From positions 70,507-102,506 of the forward strand of contig CAYHAA010000003.1 of NCBI GenBank assembly GCA_964354495.1: DNA of 32,000 bases, read 5' to 3'. The notes under the pieces are model-generated. The model made no database searches and was not told the origin of the DNA. It worked only from the letters and a program-made list of their open reading frames with translations. The DNA is from an uncultured archaeon (GTDB lineage Archaea > Asgardarchaeota > Thorarchaeia > Thorarchaeales > Thorarchaeaceae). Shown one piece after another: positions 6,601-15,188 of the stretch (its first letter is position 1; each line of letters begins with the position of its first letter). The translations under genes were made by a program, and so were the position numbers.

Positions 6601-8704
6601 TCTTTTGGACATGAATGATGTTACGTGATGCGTTCACATCTGCATGGAAATGCTCATCACATCTCTCACAGTAGAAGAATTCACCTGCTCTCATTTCAGA
6701 GATTGAGAGTTCATCGGAAACTCGGATACCAATCTCACCGCACTGATGACAGGTCTGAGATGTCAAGGCAGGGTTCACAGCCCACACACCTCCATAACTA
6801 TGACCGAGACTTCGTCGCATGTAACGTACTGTTTCAAAGATCTTCGAAAAGAGATTGGCTGAAAGGCTCCATGACAGATTACTAAGGCCAGACGGAGCAG
6901 AGTAGTTCTTCAAGTTCTCAAAGACGACAGTCTTGACTTCATGCTCCTCACAGAACCAGACCAATCGTGATGCAACCTGTCGGGCGATTTCTCTGTCAAT
7001 CCTTCGAATCCTATCCCATACCGCATCATACTCTCTTCGTTTCTTGAGCAAATGAGAAGGATGACCCAAGTTAGGATGTTTCTTATCCCAGTTATTTTGC
7101 ATCCTGACTATTTTGGACTGTAGCCACTTTGTATCCTCGAGTAGGAGAATGCGCTTCTTCAGTAGCTGATCCATCTCTATGAGTTCATCGACATATGTTT
7201 CACCTTTCTGTACAGATACTGCAATTGGTACCCGGAGGCCCCTGTCAGCACCTGCCCGCCGGTGATAGTTTGTCTTGCCAAGCGCAGTTTCTATGACCTC
7301 GTAAGTGGGCGGTAGGAACGGAAGATAGAGAACAGCCTTGTGCCCACGAAGTACAAGCTGTGGAGGCTTGCATCTTCTAGAATTCCTTAGTTCTCCCCTT
7401 CGCACTTCTAGTAGTCTTAACTCCTCGGGATCTACGTCTTTCCTGCATTTGCGTAGTCTGAGTTGATGGGTGATATGGTGATATTCAATGGTGTTCATTA
7501 GTTGTTGATGCATATCACTGAACTTGGCAGCTCGAAACCGGAGTTGCTTTGCTCGCTGGTGTTGTCCATCTCTCTCAGCTCTGTCTGCCTTCTGCAAGTC
7601 CTTCTGTACTGCTCTTGGGAACCAGTTGAGGAACCGAAAGCCAAGTGTCTTGGTCCTGTAGGGAGAATCAGTGTGCCTTGCTCCTTCAATGGGTTCAGGA
7701 GGTTTCAAGAACAATAGAATCTCGTTCTTACGATCTGTGTCCCTTTCGATACTGTACCAGTACCCCTGGCCAATATCGCTCTCGGACCCAGCTGAGAAGT
7801 CCTCTGAGAAGGAGAGCATCTTTGGCACTGTGAACGGGTACCCATCTGTAGACCACTTAGCCAAAGTAGTCTTGACAGTAGGCACGACTAGACCAGGATT
7901 CTGTACGAGTAGTTCCTTTACTCGCACCCGCTGGCTCTTCCTGAATCGAAGAGGTTCTCCCTGTTCAGTGAGAATGACCTCATCCAATAGGCGACGAAGT
8001 TGTTTGAGGACGGACACAACGTAGTAGTAGTTCTTGCCATTGGTCCTGATTGCTGAACATTCCCTTCGGATTGTTGTTATCAGCGAAGAGGAGATGTATT
8101 TGTTCTTCAGGAGTCTCAGGACCAGCGTTTCATCTCCAAGGAGAACTGAAAGAGATGTAGCCATCAGCTGTCTTCTCCTCCAGTCAGACAGAATCACTCG
8201 TGCCGCCTCTTCCAAGGCATTACGGTACATTCTCTCAAAGCAGATGCTCTCAATCTCCTCGTTGTCCCGGTATCTGAGATATCCGATTTTCTTCAAAAGG
8301 TCGTACCCTTTTCCTCGGTGTTCAGATAGCTGTCTGCCAACTGACTCAGCCCGCTCATCGGACTCATAGACCCTTTCAAGGACCATGTTCACGAGTCGGA
8401 CATAGACTGTAAAATGCTCTCCAAGACGGGACACATCGATATCCCGGATTTTTCGACCTGTTTGTGATTCCCCCTGAGCTCTGGCTATTGTACTGAGCAT
8501 AGCCTCAGGTCCTCTTCCCTTTCCCTGCCGTTGTACGGTTCGTTCCACAGAGTTGAGAGTGAATGACTCGGTGAGATACCTAAGCCCAGTCTTTGGCGTT
8601 CCCGATGAACAGGATATAAATTTGTCATCCATTGTCTGTTGCTGTTCAGTCAGGGACTGAGTCTGCTCCCGGGGACGACGCCGGGCTCTTGATTCCTTAA
8701 TCAT
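6566..8704 (-). CDS. tnpB: Oversized TnpB/Cas12-like RNA-guided endonuclease (RuvC plus Zn finger), 712 aa
   Basis: RuvC-I RAGAD487RG, RuvC-II VVFE596NL, Zn finger CHQC...CERC, RuvC-III HAD689VNASRNI; GGTGA RBS at 8708-8712. Confidence 0.88.
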   Translation of the reverse strand: MIKESRARRRPREQTQSLTEQQQTMDDKFISCSSGTPKTGLRYLTESFTLNSVERTVQRQGKGRGPEAMLSTIARAQGESQTGRKIRDIDVSRLGEHFTVYVRLVNMVLERVYESDERAESVGRQLSEHRGKGYDLLKKIGYLRYRDNEEIESICFERMYRNALEEAARVILSDWRRRQLMATSLSVLLGDETLVLRLLKNKYISSSLITTIRRECSAIRTNGKNYYYVVSVLKQLRRLLDEVILTEQGEPLRFRKSQRVRVKELLVQNPGLVVPTVKTTLAKWSTDGYPFTVPKMLSFSEDFSAGSESDIGQGYWYSIERDTDRKNEILLFLKPPEPIEGARHTDSPYRTKTLGFRFLNWFPRAVQKDLQKADRAERDGQHQRAKQLRFRAAKFSDMHQQLMNTIEYHHITHQLRLRKCRKDVDPEELRLLEVRRGELRNSRRCKPPQLVLRGHKAVLYLPFLPPTYEVIETALGKTNYHRRAGADRGLRVPIAVSVQKGETYVDELIEMDQLLKKRILLLEDTKWLQSKIVRMQNNWDKKHPNLGHPSHLLKKRREYDAVWDRIRRIDREIARQVASRLVWFCEEHEVKTVVFENLKNYSAPSGLSNLSWSLSANLFSKIFETVRYMRRSLGHSYGGVWAVNPALTSQTCHQCGEIGIRVSDELSISEMRAGEFFYCERCDEHFHADVNASRNIIHVQKKVSSAVPGRSA

Positions 8705-8734
8705 CGGTCACCACTCTCAATTCTAGGTACAGAA

Positions 8735-8758
8735 TTATATCCTCATATTAGGATATAA
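8735..8758. promoter_or_regulatory. 24-bp near-perfect palindrome overlapping the tnpB TATA box (operator candidate)
   Basis: TTATATCCT-C-ATAT-T-AGGATATAA has one mismatched pair; minus strand reads TTTATAT over 8760-8754. Confidence 0.55.
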
Positions 8759-8852
8759 ATTTACCAAGATTACTATGAAGAATAGAACAGAGTGGTTTTA
8801 AAGTGGCACATTCTGGCTCATGAGGCGAAATAGAAAATAGACACTACTCAAT

Positions 8853-8868
8853 AAAATTCTTATATATA
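8853..8868 (+). promoter_or_regulatory. BRE/TATA-like promoter of the giant gene
   Basis: AAAA-TTC-TTATATATA about 26-34 nt upstream of ATG 8894, the usual archaeal spacing for a short leader. Confidence 0.55.
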
Positions 8869-8893
8869 ATAAGCAACATTCAATCTCATACCA

Positions 8894-11800
8894 ATGAAAA
8901 CAGCGAGAGTCCCCGAGAATCCCGGGAAGGTTCTTACCAAGGCCCTGCAACTGGGTCTTACATCCACAGCATACCTGACCAGATCCAGAGTGACCAAGGC
9001 AACAAGACACTTCTACTGGGGAGGGAAAAGGCGCAAGGGAATAAGACAGATGATGAAGGATGCCCTCTCAGACTACCAGAGATCTGTCAACGAGAGAAGA
9101 CCCAACGCAAAGCACCTTCAGAGATATGAGAACAACATTCGCCGCAACCACAACAAGGTGGTCCTGAACACATCGGTTGCCTATGGGAACACCGAGGAGA
9201 AGAGAAGAAGACGGGATGAGAACAGGAAGTACATCAACACTCTCGCTGACTATTTCGGAGCAAAGATAAGGAATACCGGTGCAACGAAGTTCCAATTCCA
9301 AGTACCAGCTAAGCTGCGCACCGCGGGCAGAGCTGTCGAGCGGTACTATCCGGGTAACTCACGGATCCCTGAGTATGTTCCCCGTCACGTTGCTCCTGAA
9401 CTAGACTTCGTGGATATGATTCGAAGTCATGGCATCGAGCTTGCCCGCCAGTGTATGAAGTACTCAGTTCCGCTGAGAGATGCAAAACGATACTTGGACA
9501 GACTCATTGATGAACTGATTCCCTATCTTGAGCATGTCTATACAGAGGGTCGGGCGGGAAAGAAGGGATTCATTCATGGCGGAGTGAGGGTGCTCCGCAA
9601 GATTACGGCTGAGATGAGGACTCTATATGGAGGAGTCAACGGTCACCCGCAATCAATCACAGCTGAGATCTCAGAAGAGATCGATAAGAGCGCAGAGAGG
9701 AGTATGGCACTTGATGATTCTCAATTAACAGAAACAAATCGAGTAGAAACGGTCGTTGACGATGAAGAGGATAGGTCTGAGCCGGAAACGGTCGAGGAAG
9801 AAGACCTTGACACTTTCTTTAATCGCCTCTTGGACCATTGCGACATTGTTACTAATCCACATTGGAAAGTGCATGTGGAGCGAGTGAGGTCACTAGTTGA
9901 GCAGGGAATTCTGACACGTAAAGATGCAGAGTATTTCCTGAGCCTCATTCTCGAAGATAGCCGGAAGATGGGATCAGCCTTTCATGATTTCATTGCCAAT
10001 TCGGAGTTCACAGTCCGCCCATTCTCGCTTCTTGGCCCTATCAAGCATGGTGATGAGATGGTCACCGAAAACACGGAGTTATTATTCACCTGTGAAACCA
10101 GTGTGGCGGATGGTCGAGGGAGAATCGACATTCTTGTCTTTCGAAGAAAGCATCTAGCGCGGGTCGACGAATCACGACCCGTTGCTATCTGGGAACCGTG
10201 CATCCTCATCGAGATAAAGACGAAGAACTTCTACGGACTTGACCTCTATGCAATAACCACCAAGTCGAAAGACATGAGGAAGAGAGTCGTTGAACCAGTT
10301 CTAGAGAAGAGAAAATCCGAGAGACCTGAATGGGAAGCAATCGTCAGTTCCACTCCAACTGCATATGAAAAGAAACAGCTAGAGTCCTATGAGAGAGCTG
10401 TACTCTCAGACTATAGAAAGTATGTGAGAAACGATTCGGGTCCACCAGAGAAACTGATGAAAGGAGTACTTGTTGTTGACTTAGCGGAGAACTGGGAAGT
10501 CCTACGAGCCAACATCAAAGATCTAATTCTTCAGGCGCACCATTCTTCCCAAGAGATGACTCTTCCAAAGAGGCAACACTTCTATCCAACCTTGAAGAGC
10601 AAAGAAACCAGAATGGGACTTGTTCTCTTCAGTGATTATGAAGATAGAAGCACCGCACCAGTCGAGAATGTTGTAGAGTTCAATCCGTTCTCACATCCCG
10701 GAGGTCGCGATGACAACCGAGAGTTCATCCTGTATCTTGGTGTGTCAGACAAAGGCTCTCCTTCCATTTCGGCAGCAGAGATTGCAGCTAGGTGGCACGG
10801 ATTGAAGTTCATCCATGAGAGAACCAAAGGAAAGAACAGAGATATTCTTTGGCTGGATTTCACTGGTGAATACAGGGATGCTAGACTCAGAAAAAAGAGC
10901 TTGCGACTCACTCTTCAATCGAAAAGCATTCAGCACCTGGTGAGAGAAAGAATCATTTTTGTTGACATGTCGGGAGAGATGTCCTCGTACCTTCATGAGA
11001 GAGTGTCCATCGAGGCTCCGGGCCAAAAGGTCCGGGAGAGTTTCCATGGAAAGAGAAGACCATTCATCGTTGTAACGGGCTTCGATAAGTTGAGAGAGAG
11101 CATTCCTAGAGAGAAGATGTCCCTTCTTGATGAATGCATAGTCTGGTTAATTGAACTCGTTCCACCACACTCATCAGTACTGTGGTTCGATAAGCCCGTA
11201 CCGACCAGCTGGACAAGTCAGGAGTATGACACTCGAGGCATAGCACCCTTTTACACAAGCAGCCCATGGAAACGCGTTGTAGATGAGATTGTTTACAATG
11301 TACCAATGGCTCCCAGGAGGTGGGGGTCCTATGTTCCTGCAGAAGATGACATCAGATGGATTGTGATTGAGAGCAAATTCAGTCTTGACTATGGTACAGA
11401 ACTGGTTCCACCTCTATACATGTGGGGAGAACGGTTCAGACCCGATGGTAATCGTGAGGACAATATTGACAGGCAACAGGTATTCTATCTTAGATCTACT
11501 TACTCGTCAACAAGACAACGCAATCTAAGAAAATATAGCAAAGAGGATTTCAACAGCGTATTGGAGCTCATCCCGCATCTCAATAGATTCTATGAGAATC
11601 CAGATTTGAATGACATTGAGAGAGTGTATGACAGTGAGGAAGTAAAGATGCTGAGGGAGGAGCTCTCAGAGATTCCATCGAGTCCAGCCCCAATCCTTTC
11701 GAGAGTGGTCTTCACACCCAATCAGTCCTTGACTTCAGTTGAGAAAGACAGTCGAGTGAAATTGCTCATGCCGCTATCCATGATTAACGCTGCCAGAGAA

Positions 11801-14296
11801 TATCGACAGACCAGACTCTTGAATGAGCCCAAAAGGGAAACGACAAGGCCGCCTCATTTGGGATTACTCAGGTTTCATGGTGCTGACGTGTTCACGGTTG
11901 TGAGAAATGAACTTGGTGGATTAAGACAGGTTGCGAAAGTCATAGAGAAACGTCATGGGGGGAACAAGGAGTGGAGGGAATTCCTTGATTCATTGAGGCT
12001 GCTTCTAAAGCCGGAAACAATAGGTGACTATAATCAACATACTGTTCTGAACATGCTGCGGTCGGTTCATGTCTTCCTTGAAACCCACGAGTTGAGCAGG
12101 GGTGTTTGGGAAGCCATCAAACCACGCAGGACATGGATTCCGGATGGACTGTCGGAAGAACAGCAGACGAACCTGAGGATTCTCCTAGACAGAGATCCAG
12201 ATCTGTTGCTTTTGGTAGGCAACCATCTCTTTCTTCTTCTTCTAGTATCGCTGCATGAAGCCGAAGCCATGGACCTGTCAACAGGGTTCATTGAAAGACT
12301 CTGGAACTACCTTCTTCCCTTTCAAATGGCAGGGATAGGATTTGAGCCAGAGTATCATTCACAGCATAATACTGGCAAATCATTCCTGCACAGAACTAGA
12401 CTCATCACAAGACTGGCATCTTGGGCAAGGAGTCTAAAACTACTCCAAGCAAATCAGAACGTGAATGAGATTCTCTTTGGGCGCGCGTACCTTGTTGGAA
12501 ACGATAGAGGTGGATTGCCCTCGCACATCTTACTATCTTTTCAGACAACCCTAGGAAGTCATGAAATGAGCATGGCCTTCTTGAAAGCGCCATCGGAGGT
12601 CAAGGGCTCAGTTCATGAAGTCCTTGGGGGTCTGTGCCAAAAAAGACCATTCTGGGGCACGAGTGACCTATTGATTCTCAGAAAGCTAGCAGAGAGTGTG
12701 AGCCCCAGTGTTGGTACTGATATCATGATTGCTTCTCAAAACGGAACTCGTGGCCTTTGGACCTGTGAAAATAGTTCAGACAAATGGATTCCTATTGGAG
12801 GATTCGACTACTATTCGCGGAAACGCGAGATGGCCACACTTCTAATGTCAGCTGTTCTTCGTGAGGACGCGACTCTTCAAGAAGTGCCATGCGAGAGCAT
12901 CAGAACGACGCCTCAGAATCTGAAAGAGTCTATCGACATTGGTCTGCAGCTCATCTCAGCGGCATTCCGGATGTGCATTCCTGTGAGATGTCACGTGTCC
13001 TTGGACTACAATGAGAAGATGTTCAGAATTTCATTTGTGAAGGCTAAGAGGAAGAAAGAAGTGGGAGAACTTCTGATCAAGAAGACCGCAGATATACTTG
13101 AGATTCTGAGAAGACCAGACATTTCGTGTGAACCTGTCGTTGTTGAGGGGAAACAATGCATCTGGAACAGATTCGACGATATCGAGTACGACGAAGATGT
13201 CAAAATCCTGCGACCTTATGTAATTCGAAACAACCCCTTCAAGGTTTATTCGCTAGCATTGCCACAGAATGCAGAGACACTTTGTTCAATAGAAAGAGGG
13301 CGTGTTTTGAGAACGAAGATTCTGCATGACCCGTACGTATGTCCTTTGAGAAGCGTGCGTCTGGAAAATCTCATTCAGCAGCCCATCAAGTCGGCATCTG
13401 TTATTGATTATCTGAGGAACATGGATGGTCATCCTGGGCAACCTGACCCATTGTTCAATCAGTCTATACATAGACATGGAACTTGCTGGAGATTATCATT
13501 CGACTCTGATGATGATCTTCCTGCACAGATCGAGGAACTTGATAAGGTGAAGTTCGGAGGTCCTGCTCTTGCAACCTTCTTAGAGACAGGTGTTGTGTTC
13601 TATTCAACCCCCAACGGAGATTGGGTTTCTCACGAGATACAAGTTCCTGAATCGAGAGATTTGCCCAAGGAGTTTAGGGAATCCATACACCTCATGAGAT
13701 GGAGAAAGGACAACGCTATATATCCTGGCTTCTACCTACTTGACGGCTGGATTCCCGAGATTCAGATCTACAAGGACAGGGTTGATTTCAGACTCGTATC
13801 GAAACTCACACTTCAAGAGAAGACACACTCGATCTTTGAATCTAATGCTGAAATGCTAGAAAAAGAAAGACTGCGATTACTGCTGAAGAGAGGAATGAGT
13901 AGGGTCATCGAACTAGGAGGCTTCTCCGGGAATAGTACTATGAAGCAGTTAGCCAACAGCGAGATTGCAGGTCAACTCGCTCATATTGATAATGAGAGTG
14001 GCATAGAGTTGCAGTATGATTCGGTTGGGGTTGCTGAAGATAGGGTTCGAGAGAAAGTCATCGTGGCAAATTTCGTTACTCATGATGATGAGTATGTGAC
14101 TATTCAGGTAACACAACAGATATTGGTGTACAAGGACTGGACTGCAATGGCAGGGGGCGTTGACTTCGATACAGTAGAAGTAGAAATCAACGATAGGCTA
14201 CAGGGGTATAACGTCAATGATGAACACATTAACAGAATCGCAGAAAGAGCGAGAGAATTGTTAGAAGAAATGGGTGTGGTGTTCTTTGAACCATGA
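8894..14296 (+). CDS. Giant 1800-aa protein with Cas4/RecB-like PD-(D/E)xK nuclease domain and a degenerate RecA-like region
   Basis: G360SAFH, GRID412IL, IE440IK442T, Q495LESY499; then GVSDKGS (~616), ILWLD655FTGEY, FIVVTGFD (~724); basic N-terminus and acidic linker. Confidence 0.8.
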   Translation: MKTARVPENPGKVLTKALQLGLTSTAYLTRSRVTKATRHFYWGGKRRKGIRQMMKDALSDYQRSVNERRPNAKHLQRYENNIRRNHNKVVLNTSVAYGNTEEKRRRRDENRKYINTLADYFGAKIRNTGATKFQFQVPAKLRTAGRAVERYYPGNSRIPEYVPRHVAPELDFVDMIRSHGIELARQCMKYSVPLRDAKRYLDRLIDELIPYLEHVYTEGRAGKKGFIHGGVRVLRKITAEMRTLYGGVNGHPQSITAEISEEIDKSAERSMALDDSQLTETNRVETVVDDEEDRSEPETVEEEDLDTFFNRLLDHCDIVTNPHWKVHVERVRSLVEQGILTRKDAEYFLSLILEDSRKMGSAFHDFIANSEFTVRPFSLLGPIKHGDEMVTENTELLFTCETSVADGRGRIDILVFRRKHLARVDESRPVAIWEPCILIEIKTKNFYGLDLYAITTKSKDMRKRVVEPVLEKRKSERPEWEAIVSSTPTAYEKKQLESYERAVLSDYRKYVRNDSGPPEKLMKGVLVVDLAENWEVLRANIKDLILQAHHSSQEMTLPKRQHFYPTLKSKETRMGLVLFSDYEDRSTAPVENVVEFNPFSHPGGRDDNREFILYLGVSDKGSPSISAAEIAARWHGLKFIHERTKGKNRDILWLDFTGEYRDARLRKKSLRLTLQSKSIQHLVRERIIFVDMSGEMSSYLHERVSIEAPGQKVRESFHGKRRPFIVVTGFDKLRESIPREKMSLLDECIVWLIELVPPHSSVLWFDKPVPTSWTSQEYDTRGIAPFYTSSPWKRVVDEIVYNVPMAPRRWGSYVPAEDDIRWIVIESKFSLDYGTELVPPLYMWGERFRPDGNREDNIDRQQVFYLRSTYSSTRQRNLRKYSKEDFNSVLELIPHLNRFYENPDLNDIERVYDSEEVKMLREELSEIPSSPAPILSRVVFTPNQSLTSVEKDSRVKLLMPLSMINAAREYRQTRLLNEPKRETTRPPHLGLLRFHGADVFTVVRNELGGLRQVAKVIEKRHGGNKEWREFLDSLRLLLKPETIGDYNQHTVLNMLRSVHVFLETHELSRGVWEAIKPRRTWIPDGLSEEQQTNLRILLDRDPDLLLLVGNHLFLLLLVSLHEAEAMDLSTGFIERLWNYLLPFQMAGIGFEPEYHSQHNTGKSFLHRTRLITRLASWARSLKLLQANQNVNEILFGRAYLVGNDRGGLPSHILLSFQTTLGSHEMSMAFLKAPSEVKGSVHEVLGGLCQKRPFWGTSDLLILRKLAESVSPSVGTDIMIASQNGTRGLWTCENSSDKWIPIGGFDYYSRKREMATLLMSAVLREDATLQEVPCESIRTTPQNLKESIDIGLQLISAAFRMCIPVRCHVSLDYNEKMFRISFVKAKRKKEVGELLIKKTADILEILRRPDISCEPVVVEGKQCIWNRFDDIEYDEDVKILRPYVIRNNPFKVYSLALPQNAETLCSIERGRVLRTKILHDPYVCPLRSVRLENLIQQPIKSASVIDYLRNMDGHPGQPDPLFNQSIHRHGTCWRLSFDSDDDLPAQIEELDKVKFGGPALATFLETGVVFYSTPNGDWVSHEIQVPESRDLPKEFRESIHLMRWRKDNAIYPGFYLLDGWIPEIQIYKDRVDFRLVSKLTLQEKTHSIFESNAEMLEKERLRLLLKRGMSRVIELGGFSGNSTMKQLANSEIAGQLAHIDNESGIELQYDSVGVAEDRVREKVIVANFVTHDDEYVTIQVTQQILVYKDWTAMAGGVDFDTVEVEINDRLQGYNVNDEHINRIAERARELLEEMGVVFFEP

Positions 14297-14311
14297 AACT
14301 ATTGCATGGCC

Positions 14312-14410
14312 CCACCAGCCCACAGACCGCCCCTTGCCTGTTCTGCGTTCATAGAGATTGCGGTGTTACAGAGGCCCATGGCTGTCACAAGGCGTATAGT
14401 AGAAGCACAT
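14312..14410 (+). repeat. Dispersed direct repeat copy C1
   Basis: 52-nt core 14317-14368 AGCCCACAGACCGCCCCTTGCCTGTTCTGCGTTCATAGAGATTGCGGTGTTA; distal TGTCACAAG...GAAGCA shared with C4. Confidence 0.9.
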
Positions 14411-14658
14411 CTAGTAGAGAGTACTCTGTAGATCATGAGAGAGCTAGTGGATTCAATTACTGATGATATAGACTAAGTCATTCTACATAATCTCTCTTAG
14501 TCGCGAAATTTACTGTCAGATTCTGGCCAAAAGACAATATCGTTTCAAATTCGGCAAATAAGAGAGCTATCATTTCTTCATAAAACGCGATTGGTAGAAT
14601 TAGCGTCGAATTAGGTCTTGAAAAGTGCAAACGAAACGGAAAAAGGACAACTACGATT

Positions 14659-15132
14659 TCACTCTTTGACTCTGATTCTATAAAAGACCCTGAGAGCCAT
14701 GGCAATCAGTGAAGGCCCCGGAAACGGTAGAATCCAGACTATATAGGCAGGCGTTCCCTGCACAGCTAATGCAAAGAGTGCTAATGGGACAAGCACCTGC
14801 CCGATAATGAGAGCGGCGAGTAGGGCAATATCACGTGCGAAGGTAATGTCGCGCCCTCTCCGCAAGATGAAATACGAAACTATGGTGACTCCTACCCATA
14901 GTAGAGAAAGAATCCAATATGTCAGATTGGGAAATCGATACCAAAGAACATCAGGATATGAGATGGGGAAAAGGAGCCCAGATCGGCTACTGTAAGACCC
15001 CCATGAGAACAGCAAATTTGTGTCAAAATCAAAAAAAACATCTCTCCAATCTACAACGGCAATGGGTGTGCAGAGCGTGGAAAGAGCTAGCAAAACAAGC
15101 TCCCTTATCCTATTCACTCTCTCTTGCTCCAC
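14659..15132 (-). CDS. Hypothetical integral membrane protein
   Basis: 157 aa with 3-4 hydrophobic segments; divergent from the S8 protease. Confidence 0.7.
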   Translation of the reverse strand: MEQERVNRIRELVLLALSTLCTPIAVVDWRDVFFDFDTNLLFSWGSYSSRSGLLFPISYPDVLWYRFPNLTYWILSLLWVGVTIVSYFILRRGRDITFARDIALLAALIIGQVLVPLALFALAVQGTPAYIVWILPFPGPSLIAMALRVFYRIRVKE

Positions 15133-15188
15133 AGGTAGAAATGATTTAAATACTAATTAATGTATCCTTTTATGTTGCTAGGGGGCGC

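Larger units (their letters stand above)
6522..14320. mobile_element. Putative mobile or inserted module: large TnpB-like gene plus giant nuclease gene, bracketed by 9-bp direct repeat CCACCAGCC
   Basis: CCACCAGCC at 6522-6530 and 14312-14320 encloses exactly the two divergent genes; adjacent to tRNA 3' end; no transposase or integrase seen. Confidence 0.4.

Noticed and set aside
6566-8704. Calling this a complete IS200/IS605 or IS607 element, or a CAST
   Set aside because: No tnpA (HUH Y1 or serine recombinase) and no tnsB/tnsC/tniQ in the window; the RuvC is intact, unlike Cas12k.
14317-14368. Repeat core as a relic protein C-terminus (minus frame HRNLYE.RTGKGRSVG*, several synonymous differences)
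   Set aside because: An in-frame TAA precedes it in three of four copies and I recognise no parent protein. Not fully excluded; tBLASTn would decide.
14478-14705. 75-aa minus-strand ORF
   Set aside because: Overlaps the membrane-protein gene by 47 nt, no motif or RBS.
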